A stretch of DNA of 64,000 nucleotides from Octopus sinensis (GCF_006345805.1 NC_042997.1:197408001-197472000); one strand, 5' to 3'. Counted from the first letter of the stretch, positions 1-12,822 are shown. Program-made: numbers and translations. Notes: generated by a model from the sequence alone, not told the origin.

Positions 1-152
1 TTTCAGTTTCCGTCTACCAAATCCACTAACAAGGCTTTGGTCGGCCCGAGGCTATAGTAGAAGACACTTGTCCAAGGTGTCATGCAGTGGTACTGAACCC
101 TGAACTATGTGGTTGGTAAGCAAGCTACTTACCACACAGCCACTCCTGCGCC
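1..152 (-). mobile_element. tRNA-derived SINE family A (5' part)
   Basis: Reverse complement of the GGCGCAGGAGTGGCTGTGTGGTAAG...GGTTCAGT head shared by more than 12 copies in the window. Confidence 0.85.
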
Positions 153-903
153 TGTTAGTATACTATACAGTATGGTATTGTATTTAAAAATAAAGTTAAT
201 AAAATAAAATTTTAAAAAAACTTGATTATGAGAAGAAGATTTTCAGAAAAAATATTTGGTGCAACCCACACAATAGACTGCTTTGCTTGCAAATGGTTTT
301 TCTTCAGCAACATTCTCATCATCCTAGGAATATCTTCCTTCAGGTTGAGTTATTAGTCATTAGCTTGGTTATTTTTAAAGGAATACTTCTATAGAAAGCA
401 TTGTCAGACAAACGCCTACAGTTTTTACATCAGAAGTTTTTTTTCATCTCAAGGCTAACCCATATACAGGCTAGAATCACAAGACTAACCGTATACATGC
501 TAACATAGCAAGAAGTAGTTCTTCCACTGTTTATATTCAGCATTACAGGGAAAAGAAGATAGTAGAACCAGATGAGCTATTAAGTTACAATGAAACTGGT
601 CAGTTAACTCTCATCCCAAGCAGCTGGGACAGCTCTCAGGAGCCTGATTTCACATGAAACTAGCTTTTTACGTGCTAGTGCCGTGTAAAAAGCAGCCATG
701 CTGGTGCCACATGAAAAGCACCCAGTACACTCTGTGTAGAGGTTAGCATTAGGAATGGCATCCAACTACAGAAACCATGCCAAAATAGAGAATTGGAACC
801 CAGTGCAGCTCTCTGGATTGCCAGCTCCTGTCAGGCTGTCCAACCCATGCTGGCATGGAAAACAGACATTAAATGATGATGATGTTTATAGATGTTTAAC
901 ATA

Positions 904-1064
904 GGCACAGGAGTGGCTGTGTGGTAAGTAGCTTGCTAACCAACCACATGGTTCCGGGTTCAGTCCTACTGTGTGGCATCTTGGGCAAGTGTCTTCTGCT
1001 ATAGCCCCGGGCTGACCAATGCCTTGGGAGTGGATTTGGTAGACGGAAACTGAAAGAAGCCCAT

Positions 1065-1111
<47 letters not shown>

Positions 1112-1357
1112 GTGTGTGTATGTGTGTGTATGTGTTTGTGTGTGTTTGTGTGTCTGTGTTTGTCCCCCTAGCATTGCTTGACAACTGATGCTGGTGTGTT
1201 TACGTCCCAGTCACTTAGCAGTTCGGCAAAAGAGACCGATAGAATAAGTACTGGGCTTACAAAGAAGAAGTCCCAGGGTCAATTTGCTTGACTAAAGGCA
1301 GTGCTCCAGCATGGCCGCAGTCAAATGACTGAAACAAGTAAAAGAGTAAAAGAGAGA
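904..1357 (+). mobile_element. tRNA-derived SINE family A, full length
   Basis: A/B-box head, internal (TA)n(TG)n, 3' body ending GACTGAAACAAG(TAAAAGAG)n. Confidence 0.9.
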
Positions 1358-1619
1358 GTATCATGAAATTTAAGTGCTATTTCCATAACTTTTACAAGAA
1401 AATGAAAGAGGAGAACAAAAAAAACAAAACAATTATGTACTGTGAGAGGAAATGCATATCAAACACATCAAATCTAATTAAACCTTTGATTAGATAAAAT
1501 ACTCGTTAATATATGACTGCTATGGACAAACCAGCTCTAAAGAAAATCTCTTTAGTAAACTGTCTGTGGTTCATATAATATCATCCTACACAACATATTG
1601 AGTTCTGTGTTTGAGAAGA

Positions 1620-2409
1620 CCTGCTGAGTCAAGTGAAATTGCAGTCATGGCTGATGCCAGTGCCGCCTGACTGGCACCCGTGCTGGTGGCACATAAGCAC
1701 CATCTGAATGTGGTCGATGCCAGTGCCCCACCAACTGGTTCCCATGCCAGTGGGACATAAAAACCACCTTCTGAACATGGTCAAGTCAGTGCCCCCCGAC
1801 TGGCTCCCATGCCGGTGGGATGTATAAAGCACCTTCCAAACATGGTCAAACCAGTGCACCCCAACTGGCTCCCATGTTGATGGGACATAAATAGCACCTT
1901 CCAAACATGGTCGAAGCCAGTGCCTGGCTCCTGTGCTGGTGGCATGTAAAAAGCACCATCTGAACATGGTCAATGCCAGTGCCTCCCGTCTGGCTCCAGT
2001 GTCAGTAGCATGTAAAAAGTACCTTCCAAATGTCATCGAAACCAGTGCCCCCACCCCTACTACTGGTTCCCATGCCAGTGACACGTAAAAAGCACCATCC
2101 AAACGTGGACGATGCCAGTACCCTGCCCCCCAACTGGTTCCTGTACGAGTGGCACATAAAAAGCACCATCCGAACATGGCTGATGTCAGTGCCACCTGAC
2201 TGGCTCCCATCTCCCATACCAATGACACATAAAAAGCACCCCACTACACTCTCGGAGTGGTTGCCGCTAGGAAAGGCATCCATCTGTAGAAACTTTGCCA
2301 AATCAGATAGAGCCTAGTGCAGCCTACTGGCTTGCCAGTCCTCAGTCAAATCGTCCAACCCATGCCAGCATGGAAAGTGGGCATTAAACGATGATGATAA
2401 TGATGATGA
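1620..2409 (+). mobile_element. RTE LINE 3'UTR with about 9 tandem ~60-bp units and (GAT)n tail
   Basis: Repeated GCCAGTGCC...TGGCAC..AAAAAGCACCATC units, then the conserved terminal segment and (GAT)n. The same sequence follows an RTE ORF stop at 40250. Confidence 0.8.
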
Positions 2410-2911
2410 TATGCAAAATATATTTTTAATATATATTTTACACTTTCCTTAGAGTGTAAGATGGGATGAACAACTTGTTTGAAGGGGAGGGGGTTCTTCT
2501 CTGAAGATCTTCTGCCATTCAGCTCTCTTGAGAGTTTCTTACCAGTATTTTTAACATATTTTAGTCGCTGACAAGTGACCAAGACTGTTGGCGATTTGCT
2601 GGGCTTGAGAAGCTGTTTTAATCTCAGTGAAATCATAGCAATGACTAGTACCGGGGATACGTAAAAGACACCCATGCTGGCGACATGTTAAAGGAACCCA
2701 GTACACTCTGTGGAATGGCTGGCATTAGGAAGGGCATCCAGTCATAGAAACCAAAACAAAATAGACTGGAGCCTGGCACAGCTATTTGGCTAACCAGTTC
2801 CAATCAATCGATCTAATTTATGACAGCATGGAAAATGGATAATACATCATCATCATCGTCATCATGATTTACAACTCTTACATTACAATATATATCTGTG
2901 CAAGAAATATA

Positions 2912-3307
2912 GGCGTAGGAGTGGCTGTGTGGTAAGTAGTTTGCTAACCAACCACATGGTTCCGGGTTCAGTCGCACGGCATGGCACCTTGGGCAAGTGT
3001 CTTCTACTATAGCCTCGGGCCGACCAAAGCATTGTGAGTGGATTTGGTGGACGGAAACTGAAAGAAGCCCATTGTATATATGTGTGTGTGTTTGTGTATC
3101 TGTCTTTGTTCCCCCCACCCCCAACATTGCTTGACAACCGATGCTGGTCTGTTTACGTCCCCGTAACTTAGCGGTTCATCAAAGGAGACCGATAGAATAA
3201 GTACTAGGCTTACAAAGAATAAGTCCTGGGGTCAATTTGCTCAAATAAAAGGTGGTGCTCCAGCATGGTCACAGTCAAATGACTGAAACAAGTAAAAGAG
3301 TAAAGAG
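2912..3307 (+). mobile_element. tRNA-derived SINE family A
   Basis: Same head, body and tail as 904-1357. Confidence 0.9.
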
Positions 3308-3309
3308 TA

Positions 3310-3700
3310 TCAGAAATGCTTTGCTCCATGCAGAAACTGCAAGAGCCGCTCAGAGGTATTGCAAGCTCGTCTGCTGAATTCATTGCAATCCTTCCCTATC
3401 ATCAGCAGATACCTGAGGGTCACAAGCATTCCACCCCTTAGCCTTTATGCATTGTCTGAGTGGAGCAGCAAGGACTGAATTAGTCACCACCTGCAGAAGG
3501 GTTCCACTTGAAGGCCTCTTGTCAACTACAGCCACTTTGGGCTGGTTTCAGCTGCCGTGCCTATTTCCTTGGTGGCTTTCTTCAGTTGTCTGGGTTCCAG
3601 ACAAATCATCTGCAGAAAACAGTACACTGATGTACCTGGAAAGTTGTAGCAGCAACTGACTTCACTAGGGAATGAAACCTCATACCAGCCCTTGACACAA
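3310..3700 (-). mobile_element. HERO-like (RLE-clade) non-LTR retrotransposon 3' fragment
   Basis: KGWYEVSFPSEVSCCYNFPGTSV...LKKATKEIGTAAETSPKWL* resembles the HERO C-terminus (GW...FPVEVGCRGF...AAE.SS.WLW). 3310-3525 is presumed 3'UTR. Confidence 0.6.
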
Positions 3701-3802
3701 TCCATGTATATATATATATATATATTCAAAATGTGACTGCGTGTGTACCGTTGGCGACTTTTTTCCTTCGTCTTCCCTTCTCTGGATCTTTCCTTTTCCT
3801 AT

Positions 3803-3837
3803 GTTTCTGACGAAGAGCTCTGCTCGAAACGTAAAAC
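3803..3837 (+). ncRNA. Minimal (Penelope-type) hammerhead ribozyme motif
   Basis: GTTT-CTGACGA-A-GAGC(TCT)GCTC-GAA-ACGT-A-AAAC: intact core, 4-bp stems I and II, palindromic ACGT stem III, GUA cleavage triplet. Confidence 0.7.
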
Positions 3838-4686
3838 CCTCCTTCTTCCCTTCCTTCCTTAGCGTCCAATAATACTATATTTGTTCCACGTCCTCACGTT
3901 GTTGTGTTTTCATGTTTGGATTAACTTTATATATATATATATTATCATCATCATCATCGTCGTTTAGCGTGCGTTTTCCATGCTAGCATGGGTTGGACGG
4001 TTCTACTGGGGTCTGTGAAGCCAGAAGGCTTCATCAGGCCCAGTCAAATCTGGCAGTGTTTCTACGGCTGGATGCCCTTCCTAATGCCAACCACTCCGTG
4101 AGTGTATATATATATATACACACACACACACACTTTCATGTACTTGTTCACTGTCACATAAAAATAGTAGTGATGAGGTGTCAAGATGGACCCTCAAGGT
4201 AAAAGGGAGAAGAAATGATTGGGGACAGAAGAAGGAGTGTGTATGGGCAGGGTTTGTAAGAGTGTATAAGAGAGAGGGGGAGATGGTTAGAGATGGGGCA
4301 TAGGTGATGGGGTGAACATAATGAATGAAGAACAGGTGCTGAAGGATGGAAAGGACAGATGAGTAGCTCATAACTCCAGAGATTGGATAGGGCTGACGGG
4401 TGAATACAGAAAATGGTATTTGAGTGGGTGTATGTATGTATGCATAATATAAATATATATGTGCACACATATATAAATATGCATAAAGATATATGCACAC
4501 ATGCATATGTAATTATACATATATGTGTGTGCGTGCACATATATATATGTATATAAGCAAGATGTAAGAGGTTATGCAACCATCTAAGGGATAAATGTAT
4601 CCGTAGGCACTCCTGGTGTATTACCACACTATGTATAGTCCTAGTTGTAAGGTATATGGCAGCAGGTAATTTAAAGATAAGACTGG

Positions 4687-4717
<31 letters not shown>

Positions 4718-4718
<1 letters not shown>

Positions 4719-5111
4719 CTTTATATATAAAAGAGAGGTTGTGTGTCTGTCTCCTACGATTTAGATTCCTAACTACTCCCACATTTTGCGGTGCAGTTTA
4801 ATCAAAACCGGGTATCTTATAGTCATGATTCATATCGAACCCTTCTGGGTGTTAGCGCGCGTCTACAATGAGTCTACGATTTAAAAAAAATTTACCATCA
4901 TTTTTTCCCATTTTTAATGCATTTTTTTGCTATTATATAAGGGAAGTAACTCTCTAAAAATGTATTATTAAATCTCAGAACGTAAAAAGCTACAGTAACA
5001 CCTCCCTTTGTGGTTAGCCATATTGAGATGGCTATTATACTTTACATCTCTAAAAATGCTTATATAGTTATTTCCCTTACAAACCCAAGCAACGCCAGGC
5101 AATACTGCTAG
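4718..5111 (+). mobile_element. Non-autonomous Helitron
   Basis: 5' TCTTTATATATAAA, subterminal GC hairpin, 3' CTAG, inserted between A and T in a (TA)n tract. Related copies occur elsewhere in the window. Confidence 0.75.
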
Positions 5112-5118
5112 TATATAT

Positions 5119-5173
<55 letters not shown>

Positions 5174-5510
5174 TATATATACACCGAAGATAAGAAATGG
5201 AGCAATAATTAACAATGAGAAGTGGATCGCTGGTGTTTAAAAGTCATTATTTAATTGTAGTTTGGAACCATTTACATCTGTTTCTGTTTATCAAATCGGA
5301 GTAAATTACATTTACCTCGTTACATTTAATAAAGATCTTCAAAATGATGAGAGGGGAAAAGATAGGTAAAGAGAGGAAAAAAAAGTTTGTTAAGTCTTAG
5401 GCTTACATTTTAGTGACTTGTATAGTTCCACGTGTTTGTAGAATCCTTCTACACAAGTCACTAAAATGTCTACACCACCTGTCTTCGTCTCTTGTTCTTT
5501 TTGTGAATTC

Positions 5511-5663
5511 TGTGGCTGTGTGGTAAGTAGCTTGTTTACCAACCACATGGTTCCGGGTTCAGTCCCACTGTGTGGCACCTTGGGCAAGTGTCTTCTACTA
5601 TAGCCTCGGGCAGACCAAAGCCTTGTGAATGGATTTGGTAGACGGAAACTGAAAGAAGCCCAT

Positions 5664-5709
<46 letters not shown>

Positions 5710-5927
5710 TGTGTGTGTTTGTGTGTCTGTGTTTGTCCCCCTAGCATTGCTTGACAACCGATGCTGGTGTGTTTATGTCCCCATTACTAAGTGGTTCGGC
5801 AAAAGAGACTGATAGAATAAGTACTGGGCTTACAAAAGAATAAGTCCCAGGGTCGAGTTGCTCGATTAAAGGCGGTGCTCCAGCATGGCTGCAGTCAAAT
5901 GACTGAAACAAGTAAAAGAGAAAGAGT
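5511..5927 (+). mobile_element. tRNA-derived SINE family A (slightly 5' truncated)
   Basis: Family A body and tail. Confidence 0.85.
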
Positions 5928-7213
5928 AATAAATATGTGTGTGTGTGTACACATACACACACGAGCTGCTTTTAGTATCTGTCTACCAAATGACATACAT
6001 GTATGCATACATGTCTATATACATGTATGTATACATAGCAGCCTATATATGTGTGTGTGTGTGCATTTGATTCATGACAGAGACAACCTCCATGAGATGC
6101 ACTTTGGTCTCCTAACCAAAAAGAGGTATCACAAATGCAATCTTCTTTGTGAAGCAACTACAGAAGTAATTCCTGGCTAAGATTAAACCACAATTCTTGG
6201 CATTCGTTAACTTGGAGAACGCAGTTGTCAGGGTACCATTTTCAGTAATTTGCTTATCACAAAGGAAACTAACGAGGTGCAGACGAATGGCTCGTAAAGG
6301 TTGTAGAAGTTGTGTACAAAGATTCGGAAAGTAAAGCGAGAGTTGACAATTTCAATGATGGATTTACCTGAGAGCAGGAATCACAATTACCAGATGGCAA
6401 CCGAGACCAGCTCCATTTGAGGAGGGGAGATAATCTGAGGAATCAAGGATTCTCTGAAGTTAACATACCATTAAAGAGAAGGACATGCTTACAGCTTGGA
6501 GATAAGAGGATAGTTGTGGACAAGTATCTGCCACATGTCTTTTTATGTGAGTATGGGGGTGGTACTTATATATGCATATGTGTATTCGTGCATATGTATA
6601 TGTATATATGTATTGGGAACAGATTTACAGAAATTCTTATTGACACATATGACTGTAGGGTGGAAGATTTAGAAAACTGAAGCATAGACAACTGGGAAAC
6701 TCTTATGAAATAGCCTGTTTAGGGCTACAGATCAGGCATATGGCTGGGGTAAAGTCCCAACCAAGCCAAAAATAACATAGTGATGGAATAATAATCTTGA
6801 TAGGGTAGTAAGACTGAGGCAGGCTTGGAAGGCAGGTGCTAGTCAGGAGCAATACCTAACGGCTAGGAGAGCATCTAGGCGACAGGTTTACTTGGTTAAA
6901 GGTGAACCAGAGAGGGAAGAGATCTGCACAAGTCTTACAACAGTAAAATGAGAGGCATCAAGTGTTCAGAATTACAAGACAATGTGTGGGAGAGAACCAA
7001 GATGTTGTTGGTGAGAATTGTATTCAGAATGATGAAGGAATACTTACAACTGGAATAGAAGAGAAGAAACTGGGATGGAATGTTGTTATGAAAAGGTGCT
7101 GAAAGTGGAGAATGCATGAGATGAAGAGGAGGCTAGCTCACACTGATGCTACGGAAGGACTAACAATTCAAGTTTACAGCAGCAGGATAGATGAAGCAAT
7201 CTCTTTACTATTT

Positions 7214-7598
7214 CTCTCTTTTACTTGTTTCAGTCGTTTGACTGTGGCCATGCTGGAGCACCGCCTTTAGTCGAGCAAATCAACCCCAGGACTTATTCTT
7301 TTTAAGCCTAGTACTTATTCTATCAGTTTCTTTTGCCGAACCCCTAAGTTACGGGGGCGTAAACATACCACCATCGGTTGTCAAGTGATGTTAGGGGGAC
7401 AAACATATATACACACATACACATATACATATATACGACAGGCTTCTTGCAGTTTCCGTCTACCAAATCCACTTACAAGGCTTTGGTAGGCCCGAAGCTA
7501 TAGTAGAAGACACTTGCCCAAGGTGCCACACAGTGGGACTGAACCCGGAACCATGTGGTTCGTAAGCAAGCTACTTACCACACAGCCACTCCTACGCC
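7214..7598 (-). mobile_element. tRNA-derived SINE family A
   Basis: Reverse-complement full copy inserted in the RTE. Confidence 0.88.
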
Positions 7599-8389
7599 TA
7601 TATTGACAAAGACGGAAAGACATGGGTCCATGAGGGATAGTTTCAGAGATGCTCAAAATACCTGATGAGGTAAGATACATGAATACTACCTGAATAGTTA
7701 ATCAAATCATTCAGGAATGTATCATACCCAATGACTAGCATAAACTGCTACAAAGGCAAAGAAGATCTCTTAGAGAGAAGCAATGATAGAGGAGTCAAAC
7801 TACTACATCAGGTTAGGGCAGTCACAGTGTCATAGCCCAACTGATCTGTGACAGAGTAGACCTGAATGAGATGCAGTTTGGCTCAGTCTCAAACATGGCA
7901 CCACAGATGCAATCTTCCGAGTAAAGAAATACTTGGCTAAGAATAAATTGCTACTTCAGGCTTTTGTTGATTCGGAAAAAGCATTTGACAGGGTATCACA
8001 CTCAGTGGTTACTGAGGAGACTAGGTGTAGAGTAATGGCTTGTAAAGGCTGCACAAGTTATGTACAAAGATACAGTAAGTGGAGCAAGAATAGACAATGA
8101 TTTCAGTGATGAATTTAGTGTGAAGGTAGGAATGAATCAAGGCTCAGTCCTCAATCTTCTCTATTCACCATAATGCTACAGGTCATCACAAAGAAGTATA
8201 AGACTGGCTGTCTATAGGAACTCCTACATACTGAATCTACAGAGGAATTAGAAACTTAGAATTGAGAGATTTCAAAGTGATCCCAGCAAAGATGAAGGTT
8301 TTACTAAGTTGGAAAGAAAACAGGACCCTGGTATCTTCAAGAAAATGGCCTTGTTCAATATGCAGAAAAGGAGAAAGCATAAAACTCCA

Positions 8390-8818
8390 ACGTCTGGCAG
8401 CTGACTTGGCCGACACCCATAAAATTATTAACCATCTTACAAACAATAACTCTGAGCACCTTTTCAAACTCCACCCGTCTAACACCCGTGGACATATTTA
8501 CAAAGTCAGAAAACAGCACAGCTCCCATGACTTTCAGAAACATTTTTTTCACGCTAAGAGTGGCTGAAGTATGGAACAAACTGCCGGCATCAGTTGTTAG
8601 TTGTCGGAGCACTGCATCCTTCAAAACTTCAATGTTTCCTGAGATTCGCCAACACTACACCTGATTTTCTCCCCTCCATACACACGCCAGCATGTATCTG
8701 ACTCATACACTGTTCACTTTCCAGGCATTTGTACATTACTGCATATGCTTTATACATACTTTTGACAAGTTGTGGTGCACCTGAGCACTGTATACAATAA
8801 TTTCATTATTATTATTAT
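8390..8818 (+). mobile_element. CR1-clade LINE 3' end
   Basis: NTRGHIYKVRKQ...FF..RVAEVWNKLPASVV...SFK C-terminal motif and (ATT)n tail. Reverse copies at 38839-39150 and about 12880-12970. Confidence 0.75.
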
Positions 8819-10469
8819 AAATTCGATATGCTATACCCAATGTAAGCTATGGAATCACAAGATGTAGTGGAATCAGATAGATTATCTAAGAATGTAAGCT
8901 TTGTATGTGATAGATGCTCTGGAAATTGTTTCTCTTCAATGCCCAAATGGCTCAATAAAAATAGTTGATAGCTTTTGTTACCAGGGAGATGTAATTAGCA
9001 GGGGAGATGTAATTAGCTCCAAGAATATAGGAGCCAAAATAAGAACAGGATGGAGCAAGATCAGGAAACTACAACCACTGGTGACAACTTTGAAGGGCAG
9101 ATTGTGTGATGCTTGTGTCAGAGCTGCAATGCTGCATGGAAGTGAGACACAGGCCTTGAATGCAGAAAACTTGAAGAGAGTTGAAAGAAATGAAGCATGC
9201 ATGGATGTACAATGTAAGTATGCATGAAGTACATAGTATAAAGGTGCAGGGTAAAAAACTGGGTATAAGAGGAATCAGATGTTGTGTATAAGCAAAAAGA
9301 CTGTACTGATGTGAAATATAAGGATGAGGACAGCTATATGAAGAACCAATCACTAAATGTGGATGGAGCTTGCAGAAAAGGAAGACCCAGGAAGGCAGGG
9401 GACAAGATGGTGAAGACTGAGTTCTCAAGAAGACCTTCCTACATCAGCAAAACAAAGTCCTAGTAGAGCTGTGTGTGTGTGTGTGTGTGTATGTATATAT
9501 CACTACACTCTTGGAGTAGTTGGCGTTAGGAAGGGCATCCAGCTGTAGAAACTCTGCCAAATCAGATAGGAGCCTGGTGCAGCCATCTGGTTCGCCAGTC
9601 TTCAGTCAAATCGTCCAACCCATGCTAGCATGGAAAGCGGACGTTAAATGATGATGATGATGATGATATGTGTGTGTGTATGTGTGCGTGCACAATTCGG
9701 CCCTTCACCAATTTCTTTCTTCTTCAAGACACCCACCACCACCCATCACCTCCCAAACAACAGTTCTTCCTTGATACCACTTTTCTTACAACCTAGAACC
9801 ATTTCTCTTGTTATGCATCCTTCGTTTATTCATACTGTTCTCATGAAGGAGACCCAGGAAAACATGGACAGAAGTACTGAAGACCAATCTCAAGACACTA
9901 AGTCTTACAAAGAAGATGACAGAGGACCAAGATATCCGGAACTTTGCTGTACTCAAGAAGATCCATCCACCACAGCAGAGTCGATACCAGTGCTAGTGTC
10001 ACATAAAAAATACCCACGACACACTGTAAAATGGTTGCTGTTAGAAAGGGCATCCAGCCATAGAAACCACGCTCGAACAAACAATGGAGTTTGATGATGA
10101 TATACACAGACGTCTATACATATATATATATGCCGATGCCAGTGCCACCTTGACTGGCTTCCGTGCCGGTGGCATGTAAAAAGCACCAACCGATCGTGGC
10201 TGTTGCCAGCCTCGCCTGGCACGTAAAAAGCACCCACTACACTCACGGAGTGGTTGGCGTTAGGAAGGGCATCCAGCTGTAGAAACACTGCCAGATCAGA
10301 ATGGAGCCTGGTGCAGCCTTCTGGCTTTCCAGATCCCGGTCAAACCGTCCAAAACAGACGTTAAACAATGATGATGATGATGATGATATATACACACAAT
10401 ACATGCACAGCCATACATATATACACACATGTAGATGTCGTATATATATATATATATATATATGTGTAT

Positions 10470-11051
10470 GAGTGTGTGTATATGTTTGTATCTGTGTTTG
10501 TCACCCCAACATCGCTTGACAACCGATGCTGGTGTGTTTACGTCCTCGTAACTTAGCGGTTCAGCAAAAGAGACCGATAGAATAAGTACTAGGCTTACAA
10601 AGAATAAGTCCTGAGGTCGATTTGTTCAACTAAAGGTGGTGCTCCAGCATGGCCACAGTCAAATGACTGAAACAAGTAAAAAGAGTAATAAAAGAGTATA
10701 TACTCTTTTATTCGTTTCAGTCACTTGACTGCGGCCATGCTGGAGCACCGCCTTTAGTCGAGCAACTCGACCCCGGGACTTATTCTTTTTGTAAGCCCAG
10801 TACTTATTCTATCGGTCTCTTTTTGCCGAACCGCTAAGTGACAGGGACGTAGCAGACAAACACACACACATACATATATATATATACACATATATACGAC
10901 AGGCTTCTTTCAGTTTCCGTCTACCAAATCCACTCACAAGGCATTGGTCGGCCCGGGGCTATAGCAGAAGACCCTTGCCCGAGGTGTCACGCAGTGGGAC
11001 TGAACCCGGAACCATGTGGTTGGTTAGCAAGCTACTTACCACACAGCCACT
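10470..11051. mobile_element. Two family A SINEs tail-to-tail (inverted)
   Basis: Plus-strand 3' half ends at 10696 and a minus-strand copy starts at about 10703. Centre reads AAAAGAGTATATACTCTTTT. Confidence 0.85.
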
Positions 11052-12423
11052 ACACATACAGATATATACACTCTACACAACTAATCTTTTCTTTCTCTGA
11101 GCATTTTATAAATATTTTTCTGATTTTAATTAATTGTGTGTGTATGTGTGTATATCCACACACACACATCTATACAGATATATATATACACATTTACACA
11201 TATATATACACACATGTACATTTATATGTATATACATACATATATATATACATACACACACATTTTATATGTATCTAAATACACTATATATATATATATA
11301 TATACACGAAATATATATTTATATACGATTGTACCAAATACCGGAGTTATTCTTGTTGCTTATTTTGATTATAATCACCCCATGGATTTATGGATTTATA
11401 TGGATAATACCATACAGAATTCTGGTGCATCTAACTTAAGTACCATATTCATTTGAATCTAAATTTTGCTGAACTTATATATACATATATGTAGATATAG
11501 ATATATACACACAAATACATGTTCATACACACAAACACACATTTTATACATGACATGCTTCCACATAATTTCTGTCTCCTAAGTTCACTCACAAGGCACC
11601 AGTTAGCCCAAGACACTTGCTTTAAGGTTTCCTATCATGGAACTGAGACTGAATTCACATGGTTGCAAAGCAAGCATCCTAACCACCCAGCCATGCCTGT
11701 ATGAAGAAACACTACAGCTGAGGAATCACGTTTCTCCATTGTGTTCCTGAATGTATTAATTGCATAGCCACAAAAGGAGGGTGGGTTGGGTTTACTGAGG
11801 CAGCCTGCAGCAATTATAGTTGTCTTCATCACATATGAATTAATGGCTATCAAGCTCCGAGGCAAGAGGAGCAGGGACATTTATAGGTTAACAGCTGTCA
11901 GACACAGAGGTAGGAACATGACATAGGGTGGTTGTCAAATGCAGTGGTGTGGGTTGGAGCGTAGTTGCCAAGGAGCTTGGTGGAGGCAAGAGACTTGTCA
12001 AACATGGTGGTCAGCAAACACAGCAGTGAAGGAAAGATGAGGTCCTTGTCTAGCGCTGCAATGATTGGTTCTTAAAGCAAAGTAGTAACAGAGAGAGGAT
12101 GGCTATGAAGCAGGTCAGGCTGGTTGTCAAGCATGGTCCTGGGGCAGGAATGTGGTTGTCAAGCATGATAGAGAGAGGCAGGAGGGTAGCTGTTTAACAC
12201 TGGTAGGGGGGGAGACAGGCAGGTGCTTGCCAGGCACAGTGCTGTGAGATGCAGGGGAGAGAATAGAAGTACCAACTGATAACTTTGCAAGTGTTTATTT
12301 AAGTGCTACACAGTTGCTTGCTGGTCAGATATGCACAGCTCACAAAATTTAACTCCAGACATATTTGTCAATCAAAAGGTTGGGTATATGTAGCAACATA
12401 TAAATGCAATTTATATATAAAGA

Positions 12424-12822
12424 CTAGCAGTATCGCCCAGCGTTGCTCAGGTTTCTAAGGGAAATAACTATATAAGCATTTTTAGAGAGTTATAGCAAAA
12501 AAATAGCAAAAAAATGCATGAAAAAATGGAAAAAAAATGATGGTAAATTTTTTTTTAAATCGTTGACTCATCGTAGACATTTTTAGAGAGTTACTTCCCT
12601 TATATAATAGCGAAAAAATGCATTAAAATGGAAAAAAATGATGGTAAATTTTTTTTTAAATCATAGACTCATCGTAGACGCGCGCTCATACCCAGAAGGG
12701 CTCGATATGAATCACGACTATAAGAAACCCGGTTTTGGTTAAACTACACCGCAAAATGTGGGAGTAGTTAGGAATCTAAATCATAGGAGACAGACACACA
12801 ACTTCACTTTTATATATAAAGA
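12424..12822 (-). mobile_element. Non-autonomous Helitron
   Basis: Reverse complement of the 4718-5111 family, with an internal duplication of about 120 bp. Confidence 0.75.

Larger units (their letters stand above)
6640..9430 (+). mobile_element. Old degenerate RTE LINE with nested SINE and CR1 insertions
   Basis: Broken frames give RQAWKAG...RRQVYL, SEMLKI, EMQFG, AFVDSEKAFDRV and KGRLCDACVRAAMLHGSET, collinear with the RTE ORF at 15230-16281. Confidence 0.75.

Noticed and set aside
1629-2317. CRISPR-like or coding repeat array
   Set aside because: Units are contiguous degenerate tandem repeats without unique spacers, belong to a LINE 3'UTR, and the DNA is eukaryotic with no cas genes.
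2440-2640. Candidate ACIN1 exon 2 (minus ORF 2346-2675)
   Set aside because: No recognisable ACIN1 similarity or convincing splice sites; flanked by repeats.
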